NCBI GenBank assembly: GCA_947586855.1
Contig: CANPXV010000006.1
Location: 14,982 to 78,981 of the forward strand
DNA from: an uncultured Clostridia bacterium
GTDB taxonomy: Bacteria; Bacillota; Clostridia; Christensenellales; CAG-314
DNA: 64,000 nt
Direction: 5' to 3'
The translations under genes and the position numbers were made by a program. Under the pieces are notes generated by a model, which saw nothing but the letters and a program-made list of their open reading frames with translations, was not told the origin of the DNA and did no database searches. Below, one piece after another: positions 57,164 to 64,000 of the stretch (position 1 is the stretch's first letter; each line of letters starts with the position of its first letter).

Positions 57164-59318
57164 AAAACTATTGATTTTAGCGTTGTGCATAGTGCTTGTC
57201 GTCTCCGTCGCCATAGGCATCGTGTATGCCGACGATCCTGTCACCCCGCCGGACGAGCAGGAAGACGTCGGGACGGAGAACACCTACTATACGGTTGAGA
57301 TTGGCGACGCTGTTCTCAAAGTGAACACTTTCAACCTCAATATGGAAATTACCAAGGGCAACCGCACTTGGTACAGTGGCAACAGGCCGGTAGACGAAGA
57401 AGGCAACTATCTGGACGGCATGGCGTACCTCGGCAGCAGAGTTACCGACGGTATCACCGTGGGCTACCGCAACCTCAACAGCAACAACAAGATAGTGCAG
57501 GCAGAGTCCATCACCAATCTGGTCTCCGCCCCCGGCGAGGACAGCCCAGTCAGCAAATTTGACGAGAGGGACGACGGCTTTGACGCCACGCTGCGCCTCA
57601 GAAGCAACGCCGGCACGCTCAGCTTCAAGTTGCAGGTGCGTTTTGACGGCACCAACCTGAAAGCCACCGTGCCCAACAGCTCCATTGTAGAAGGCGGCAA
57701 TATGGGCTTGGAGCAGATCACGCTGTTCCCCTACTTCGACGGCAGCTATCAGCAGACGGAAGGGCAGATATTTATCCCCGACGGCAGCGGTGCGCTCATC
57801 GATCTCAGCGTGCCCACACGTGCCAGAAACGGCTACAACGAGCGTGTCTACGGCGAGGACTTGTCCTACGTCAACACGGCGCAAAGCAACAACCAGCCGG
57901 AGCGTGTCACGATGCCCGTGCTGGCCACCCTCTATCCCGACGGCGGCACCACAATGATCGCCACCAAGGGCGCAGAGTACTGCCGTGTTGTTGCCAATGC
58001 CAGCGGCACAAACAACATGGATTACAACAGGGCCTGCTTCTCCTTTGTTTACAGAGAGGAGTATTTCAGGGTGTATGACGACAAGGGCACAACGTCCAAC
58101 TATCCGTCCATGTCCGAGCGCAGCGAGTTCGACGCTCAGATAACCTACACGCTCATGGACGAGGGCGTCAACATCGCCGACGTGGCCGAAGTGTACCGCA
58201 AACATCTGGATCTCAAACAATCGTCCATTCAGAACGTCGGCTTGCGCCTGCAATTTTTGATGGCGGAAAACAAGCCATCTATGTTCGGCCGCACCAAGGT
58301 CACCATGACCACGACGGACTACTTGGAGAGCGTTGTGCGAGACGTCAACTCCTACTGCAAGGGCCTCACGGTCTCCGTCACGGGCTACCAAAGGGGCGGT
58401 CTGGGCGGATCGGGAGCGTCGGTGTTCCCCATGGCGGGCAAGTCCTCCTTCAAATCGCTGGGCAAAACGCTCACCACTCTCGACGTGCCGCTGTGTTTCT
58501 CGGTGGATTACGTCCGCATACACGAGCGTGCAAGCATAGCCAAGGGCGACCTGTTGCAAAACATTTCGGAGCAGTTTGTGACCTTGGCCGATACCCGTGC
58601 CGGATCCAACGTGACCTATCGTGTGCTCAAACCCTCGTACAGTCTGGACAATCTGCTTTCGGATGCTGACGACCTGCAAGACTTTTATGCGGGCATCGAG
58701 GCCTCCAATCTGGGCGCAATGCTGTTTTCGGGATACAAGTCGGAGGTTTTCTCTCGCAGCGACCTCATCAAATCCACGTGCGATGCGATAGGCAGTCTGC
58801 AAGTGCCCATTGCCCTGTCCAACCCCAACGACTACATGTTTGGCGTGCTGGATAGCTATGTGGACGCACCGATAGAGTACTCGGCCTACCTCATCGAGAC
58901 GGAAAGCGTGCCCTTCCTGCAAATGGTGCTGGGCGGCAGCGTGCCGATGTACTCCGAGGCGCTCAATCTGGACTTCACCGGTCAACAATTGATACTGCGC
59001 CTCATCGACAGCAACGTGTACCCCTCCTTTATCCTCACCGAGCAGGACGCCATCGAGCTGTACGGCACTGACAGTCAAAGCATCTTTACTTCCTCCTTCG
59101 ATGTGTGGAAGTACAGCATAAGCGACACCTACAAGCAAGTCAACGACGTGCTCAGTCAAGTGGTGGGCGAGCACATTGTCAACAGAACGCAAGTGGCTGC
59201 CAATGTGTATGTCAACACCTACTCTAACCAAGTCAAAACGGTTGTAAACTACTCTTCCACCCCCTACACCTATCAAGGTAAGCTGATTGATGCGATGACG
59301 GCAGAAGTTGTGCGCTAA
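57156..59318 (+). CDS. secreted DUF5696-like protein
   Basis: Signal peptide; 'GQIFIPDGSGALI', 'VPFLQMVLGG..Y', 'YSNQVKTVVNYS'; position typical of this cassette; ATG 57156. Confidence 0.72.
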   Translation: MLKKLLILALCIVLVVSVAIGIVYADDPVTPPDEQEDVGTENTYYTVEIGDAVLKVNTFNLNMEITKGNRTWYSGNRPVDEEGNYLDGMAYLGSRVTDGITVGYRNLNSNNKIVQAESITNLVSAPGEDSPVSKFDERDDGFDATLRLRSNAGTLSFKLQVRFDGTNLKATVPNSSIVEGGNMGLEQITLFPYFDGSYQQTEGQIFIPDGSGALIDLSVPTRARNGYNERVYGEDLSYVNTAQSNNQPERVTMPVLATLYPDGGTTMIATKGAEYCRVVANASGTNNMDYNRACFSFVYREEYFRVYDDKGTTSNYPSMSERSEFDAQITYTLMDEGVNIADVAEVYRKHLDLKQSSIQNVGLRLQFLMAENKPSMFGRTKVTMTTTDYLESVVRDVNSYCKGLTVSVTGYQRGGLGGSGASVFPMAGKSSFKSLGKTLTTLDVPLCFSVDYVRIHERASIAKGDLLQNISEQFVTLADTRAGSNVTYRVLKPSYSLDNLLSDADDLQDFYAGIEASNLGAMLFSGYKSEVFSRSDLIKSTCDAIGSLQVPIALSNPNDYMFGVLDSYVDAPIEYSAYLIETESVPFLQMVLGGSVPMYSEALNLDFTGQQLILRLIDSNVYPSFILTEQDAIELYGTDSQSIFTSSFDVWKYSISDTYKQVNDVLSQVVGEHIVNRTQVAANVYVNTYSNQVKTVVNYSSTPYTYQGKLIDAMTAEVVR

Positions 59319-59335
59319 ATCACCAACAAACAACT

Positions 59336-60211
59336 ATGAAAAAAGCAAAAAAACAAAAAATTCAATACACTCGTTCGGAAGTGCTTTCGGGATACGCATT
59401 TTGCGCACTGTGGCTTGTGGGCTTTATGGCGTTTATGCTGTACCCGATCATCCAGACCTTTGTGTTCAGCTTCAACGACGTAACCGTCCGAGAGGGCGCC
59501 TTCGAGATGAAAAGCGTGGGCTTCGAGTACTACATCAGGGCACTGACGCAGGATACGGACTTTTTGCAAGGCCTTGAAGACTACGCCATCAAGCTGGTGC
59601 TGTATGTGCCCGTCATCACCGTTATTTCGCTGATACTTGCCATGCTGCTCAACAACAAATTGAAGGGCACGGGGTTGTTCCGCACGATATTCTTTCTGCC
59701 CGTCATCATCACCAGCGGCCCCGTCATGCAGATTTTCATCGAGCAGGGCGTTGCGTCCTTCCCCGGGGTTGAAGAGCTCATCAACTTTGAGGCCCTTGCC
59801 GGCACGGTGCCGCAGTTTCTGCTGGACGCATTGCAGTTTCTCACAAGCGAGTTCATCATGATACTGTGGTTCAGCGGTATCCAGATATTGGTGTTTATGA
59901 CCGGCCTGCAAAAGATGGACAAGAATATGTACGAGGCGGCGCAGATCGACGGCGCATCCAAGTGGGAGATGTTCTGGAAGCTGACCCTGCCCGCACTCAA
60001 CCCGACGATAGTGCTCAACGTGGTGTTCACGGTGGTGATGCAGTCGGTGTTCTCCCTCAACCCGATCATCACCCGCATCAAGGGCTATATGCAACAGGAG
60101 GGCTACGGCTATGCGTCGGCCACGGCATGGATCTACTTTGTGGTGATGCTGGCGCTGCTGGGACTGTCCGTGCTGATATTCAAGAAACACGAAAGGAGGG
60201 TCAAGAGATGA
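59336..60211 (+). CDS. carbohydrate ABC permease (MalF-like), second pair
   Basis: 'FRTIFFLPVII', 'MYEAAQIDGASKWEMFWKLTLP', 'GYASATAWIY'. Confidence 0.9.
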   Translation: MKKAKKQKIQYTRSEVLSGYAFCALWLVGFMAFMLYPIIQTFVFSFNDVTVREGAFEMKSVGFEYYIRALTQDTDFLQGLEDYAIKLVLYVPVITVISLILAMLLNNKLKGTGLFRTIFFLPVIITSGPVMQIFIEQGVASFPGVEELINFEALAGTVPQFLLDALQFLTSEFIMILWFSGIQILVFMTGLQKMDKNMYEAAQIDGASKWEMFWKLTLPALNPTIVLNVVFTVVMQSVFSLNPIITRIKGYMQQEGYGYASATAWIYFVVMLALLGLSVLIFKKHERRVKR

Positions 60212-61767
60212 GCAAACGTACTCCTTCCTCGCAGACGCCGCAAAACGACGAGCAATTGCAAACCAACCTGACGGAGCAACAGACAAGCGAAGTCAACGCC
60301 GAAGCTGCACAGCCCGTGGCAGACGCCCCGACGGCCGCTCCGACGGCAACGGCGCAACCCGCAACGGACAGCCTTGCAGAAAGCACCGCAAGCGCCGCCG
60401 ACGAAGCCGACGAAAAAGAGAGCTTTGGCGCACGTCTCAAAGGCTTCTTTGTGATGTTGGGCAGCAAAATCGGTACATACTTTGTCAATTTGGGCAAGCG
60501 TTTTTGCGCCTTCTGGGTCAGATTTTGGCACAAAACGGTCAGATTTTTCAAAAACGTAGGCGTGTTCTTCCGCATGTTGTGGTCGCTGTGCGTCGAGGCC
60601 AAGCTGAAACTTGACGACAAACGCAAGGCCCGCAAGCAGCGCAAGGCAGAGGCGCGGGGCATTCAGCTTGAAGTCGCTCCCGAGCAGCAGGATCAGCCCG
60701 TTGCAGACGAGCAACAGTCCGCCGAGGCCGAGCCAATCGTTGTCACCGACAAACAGCCTCTTGACGAAACCGTTGTCGAGGACTCCGAGCAGGAAGAAGC
60801 TGTGGACGAAGTGTTGCTTATGCGCAGCAAATTTGCCCATTTCTTCCGTCGCCGCACCAAGGACGAATGGAAGGTGGCGCTGCTCGGCAACAACGAAAAG
60901 AAGGGCGCAATTCCCCTTATCATATGCTATGCGCTGTTGATATTGTTCGGTTTTGTGTACATCTACCCCATATTGTACATGCTGGCCTATTCGCTGATGG
61001 GCGAAAGCGACGTTGCCAACCCCATGGTTACCTATTGGCCCACCGAGTGGCAATGGAGCAACTACCGAGAGGCCTCTCGCACGTTGGATTTCTTCAACAC
61101 ACTGCTGCAAACGGCGTATATATCGGTGTTGCCGTCCATTTTCCAGACGGTGGCCTGCGGTATCACCGCTTACGGATTGGCACGGTTCCGCTTCCCCGGC
61201 AAAAAGCTGATTTTCACCCTGATAATCCTCACGTTTATCATCCCGCCTCAGCTTACCATGATGCCGCAGCTTATCACCTTCACCAAGTTCGGCTTCTCGG
61301 GCAACGTGCTCAGCTACATGGTGCCGGCGGCATTCGGGCAAGGTATCAAATCGGCCGTATTCATACTGATCTTCTACCAATTTTTCCGTGGGATACCCGA
61401 CTCGGTGGTGGAAGCGGCCAAGATAGACGGCGCCAACTCCTTCCAGATCTTTGTCAAGATCGGTATCCCTGCCGCCGTACCCGCAATATTGCTCAGCTTT
61501 TTGTTGTCGGTGGTGTGGTACTACAACGAGACTGTGCTTGCCGACGTCTATCTGGGCAACACCGTCAAACTGTTGCCGGTGGAGTTGGAAAAATTCCGCG
61601 AGACCTTCGACCGCCTCAATGGCACCTCTGCCAGCGGAAAGACAGTCAGCGAGGCAATCTACATGGCAGGTACCCTGCTTAACGTGTTGCCGCTCATCAT
61701 CATGTACTTCTTCACTCAAAAGTACTTTGTGGACGGCATCGACAAGGCCGGTATCACAGGCGAATAA
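60208..61767 (+). CDS. carbohydrate ABC permease (MalG-like) with a roughly 230-aa N-terminal extension
   Basis: GGAGG RBS; ATG overlaps the previous stop; 'AYGLARFRFPGK', 'VEAAKIDGA', 'QKYFVDGIDKAGITG'. Confidence 0.88.
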   Translation: MSKRTPSSQTPQNDEQLQTNLTEQQTSEVNAEAAQPVADAPTAAPTATAQPATDSLAESTASAADEADEKESFGARLKGFFVMLGSKIGTYFVNLGKRFCAFWVRFWHKTVRFFKNVGVFFRMLWSLCVEAKLKLDDKRKARKQRKAEARGIQLEVAPEQQDQPVADEQQSAEAEPIVVTDKQPLDETVVEDSEQEEAVDEVLLMRSKFAHFFRRRTKDEWKVALLGNNEKKGAIPLIICYALLILFGFVYIYPILYMLAYSLMGESDVANPMVTYWPTEWQWSNYREASRTLDFFNTLLQTAYISVLPSIFQTVACGITAYGLARFRFPGKKLIFTLIILTFIIPPQLTMMPQLITFTKFGFSGNVLSYMVPAAFGQGIKSAVFILIFYQFFRGIPDSVVEAAKIDGANSFQIFVKIGIPAAVPAILLSFLLSVVWYYNETVLADVYLGNTVKLLPVELEKFRETFDRLNGTSASGKTVSEAIYMAGTLLNVLPLIIMYFFTQKYFVDGIDKAGITGE

Positions 61768-61785
61768 GCCGAAAAAGGATCTACA

Positions 61786-63117
61786 ATGAAAAAATTTTGG
61801 ACAAGTATTTGCTCGATAGTGCTTGCGGCGGCAATGCTGCTGTGCCTTGTGGCCTGCGGCGAGCCGTCCAAGGACCAACTGTTAAAGGACTATTCGGAGG
61901 CTATCGAGCAGGAAATGAAGGGCTGTTTCGATTTCTTCTGGAACGAAACGCAAACCAACGCCGATTCTCCCGCATACGGGCTTGTGGCCGACAGGAGCGG
62001 CTCGGCGCCAAGCAACGCCTCCATTGCCTCGGTGGGCTTTGGTCTGGCGGCCTATGTCGTGGGCGTCGAGGAGGGCTACATCACCCGTCAGCAGGGCGAG
62101 GAGCGCACCAAGGGCACCTTGCAAACGCTGTTGCGGCTGCAAACTGAGGGCGGCAACGCCACCAAGCACGGGTTTTTTACCCACTTTCTCAACACAACAA
62201 CGGCCAAGCCTGCCAGCGGCAGTGAAATTTCCTCCATCGATACAGCCATCATGCTGTGCGGCGCCATCACCGCAGCGGAGTACTTCGGCGGCGAGGTGGA
62301 GACCCTCACCAACCAAATCTATGCTAACGTGGATTGGACGTCCATGCGCATGCAGCGCAACGGCAAAAAATATATCGCCATGACGTTCAGCGGCGAAACC
62401 CCGATAACTCCGTGGGACTACTACGCCGAGCAGCTGATGATATATGTGCTGGGCGCAGGCAGCCCCAACGAAAACTATCGTCTCGGCGACGAGGAATACT
62501 ACGATTTCACCCGTCAGCAGGGCAACTACGGCGGACACAAATTCTATTACAGTTGGTTTGGCAGCATTTTCACCTATCAATTCAGCCATGCCTTCATCGA
62601 TTTCCGCAACAAAAAGGATCGCAACGGCACCGATTGGTGGGATAACTCTGTGCAAGCGTCTCTTGCCGCCTACGAATATTGCCAAGATAACGCCAAACTC
62701 TCGCAGACCTATGCAGAGGGTGGCTGGGGATTGACCGCATGCGACTCTCCCTCGGGATACAGCGGCGAACTCGGTTGTCCGCCCCGCGGGTGGAGCTCGT
62801 CCGACAACCCCAACTACGAGCGTATACAGGGCACGATAGCTCCCTGCGGCGCAATAGGCAGCGTGGTGTTTACACCCAAGCAATCGCTGGAAGCATTGAC
62901 GCACTATCAAGGCATACGCCTGATCAACGGCAAGTACGGCCTCAAAGACAGCTACAATGTGGAGAGAAGGTTCTACGCCTCCGACTACATCGGCATCGAC
63001 AAGGGCATTTCGCTGCTTATGCTGTACAACTACAAGTGCGACGGCGTGTGGACGCTCACCAACGGCAATCAATATCTGCAAAACGGGCTTGCGGCGCTGG
63101 GCTTTACCGCCGCATAG
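61786..63117 (+). CDS. GH144-like (glycoamylase-domain, clan GH-S) beta-1,2-glucanase, lipoprotein
   Basis: Lipobox LVAC; 'SIASVGFGL', 'HGFFTHF', 'EISSIDTA', 'WDYYAEQ', 'FTYQFSHAFIDFR', 'WGLTAC', 'IGIDKG'. Confidence 0.82.
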   Translation: MKKFWTSICSIVLAAAMLLCLVACGEPSKDQLLKDYSEAIEQEMKGCFDFFWNETQTNADSPAYGLVADRSGSAPSNASIASVGFGLAAYVVGVEEGYITRQQGEERTKGTLQTLLRLQTEGGNATKHGFFTHFLNTTTAKPASGSEISSIDTAIMLCGAITAAEYFGGEVETLTNQIYANVDWTSMRMQRNGKKYIAMTFSGETPITPWDYYAEQLMIYVLGAGSPNENYRLGDEEYYDFTRQQGNYGGHKFYYSWFGSIFTYQFSHAFIDFRNKKDRNGTDWWDNSVQASLAAYEYCQDNAKLSQTYAEGGWGLTACDSPSGYSGELGCPPRGWSSSDNPNYERIQGTIAPCGAIGSVVFTPKQSLEALTHYQGIRLINGKYGLKDSYNVERRFYASDYIGIDKGISLLMLYNYKCDGVWTLTNGNQYLQNGLAALGFTAA

Positions 63118-63123
63118 GAGAAT

Positions 63124-64000
63124 ATGGATCACAACAAAACTACCATCGGGTCTGCCGCTCGCAGCGGCGCAGTCGGCACGGCATTGCTAACGGACGAATT
63201 GCACGCATGTTTCAACTACTTTTGCGACAACTTTTCCCGCAGTGAGGCCGCCTTCGGCTTGATGCCCGACCGCATACCCGATGTCAAGGGCAAAAGCTCG
63301 ATAGCCGCCACGGGCTACATGTTGGCGGCGATGGCGGTGGGGGCGGATTTCGGCTGGATATCCCCGGACGAGGCGCAGCAAATTTGCCATCGCACATTGC
63401 AAACGTTGCTGCAATTGCCATCGGATAAAGGCTTTTACTTCCACTTTTACGAGACGGCCACGGGTCTGCGCTACAAGCAAAGCGAGCTTTCCACAATTGA
63501 CAGCGCCCTGCTGTTTTGCGGAGCGTTGACGGCGGGCGGCTACTTCGGCGGAGAAATCCTCCGTTTGGCGCAGCTCATCGCCCAACGTGCCGATTGGGGC
63601 TACTTCTACGACCCCGACCGCAAGATGTTTCGCATGGCCCGCTACGACGACGTGGGCTGGGTGGCGCATTGGGACTACTTTGCCGAGCAGCTGATGATAT
63701 ACGTGTTGGCGGCGGCAAACGGGTTTCCGCAGGCACGCACCGCCTATCAAAGTTTCGGCCGACTGCACGGCTTTGCGCCCAACGGACAAGACTTTGTGTA
63801 CACCTGGTGCGGCACGCTGTTCACACACCAATTCAGCCACGCATTTGTGGATTTCCGCAACATCACCGACGCCGACGGCTTCGATTGGTTTGCAAATTCC
63901 GTCACGGCCAGCGTCAACGATCGTCTGTTCTGCGCCGGTCAGCCGCAGCTGTATCCCGACGGAATCTGGGGGCTGACAAGTTGCGCCACACCCGATGGCT
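63124..64000 (+). CDS. second GH144-like protein, no signal peptide, truncated by the window end (absent from the ORF track)
   Basis: AGGAG RBS. Manual translation: MDHNKTT...GLMPDR...SIAATGYML...GFYFHFY...ELSTIDSA...WDYFAEQLMIYVL...FTHQFSHAFVDFR...WGLTSC. Confidence 0.82.
   Translation, partial: MDHNKTTIGSAARSGAVGTALLTDELHACFNYFCDNFSRSEAAFGLMPDRIPDVKGKSSIAATGYMLAAMAVGADFGWISPDEAQQICHRTLQTLLQLPSDKGFYFHFYETATGLRYKQSELSTIDSALLFCGALTAGGYFGGEILRLAQLIAQRADWGYFYDPDRKMFRMARYDDVGWVAHWDYFAEQLMIYVLAAANGFPQARTAYQSFGRLHGFAPNGQDFVYTWCGTLFTHQFSHAFVDFRNITDADGFDWFANSVTASVNDRLFCAGQPQLYPDGIWGLTSCATPDG

Overview
GC-rich (~55-60% by eye) chromosomal segment of a Bacillota/Clostridia-like, probably gut, bacterium; the taxonomy is inferred from gene content, lipoprotein signals and sigma-A promoters. 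It holds three nutrient-capture loci. (1) 1-13.2 kb: a BspA-type LRR surface protein, two lipoproteins and an Opp-type ABC system whose subunits carry unusual insertions. (2) 13.3-42.7 kb: a pectin/galacturonate locus with GH4 alpha-galacturonidase, kduD/kduI/kdgK/eda, uxaB/A/C, CE8, GH28, GH105, CE4 and an AraC regulator. It is built around a carbohydrate ABC transporter accompanied by five unexplained membrane proteins and two ATPases, and its promoters share an operator-like motif. (3) 43-64 kb: a LacI-controlled probable beta-1,2-glucan locus with GH3, a stand-alone GH94 phosphorylase resembling the cyclic-glucan-synthase domain, an 8-gene import cassette (2 SBPs, 4 permeases, NHL-TPR-YIP1, DUF5696-like) and two tandem GH144-like glucanases, the last missed by the ORF track. 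Intergenic regions contain a modular palindromic repeat family sitting just 3' of intrinsic terminators, and a divergent pair of small XRE regulators. No rRNA, tRNA, CRISPR array, transposase or integrase was seen. All family calls come from motif recognition, not database searches.
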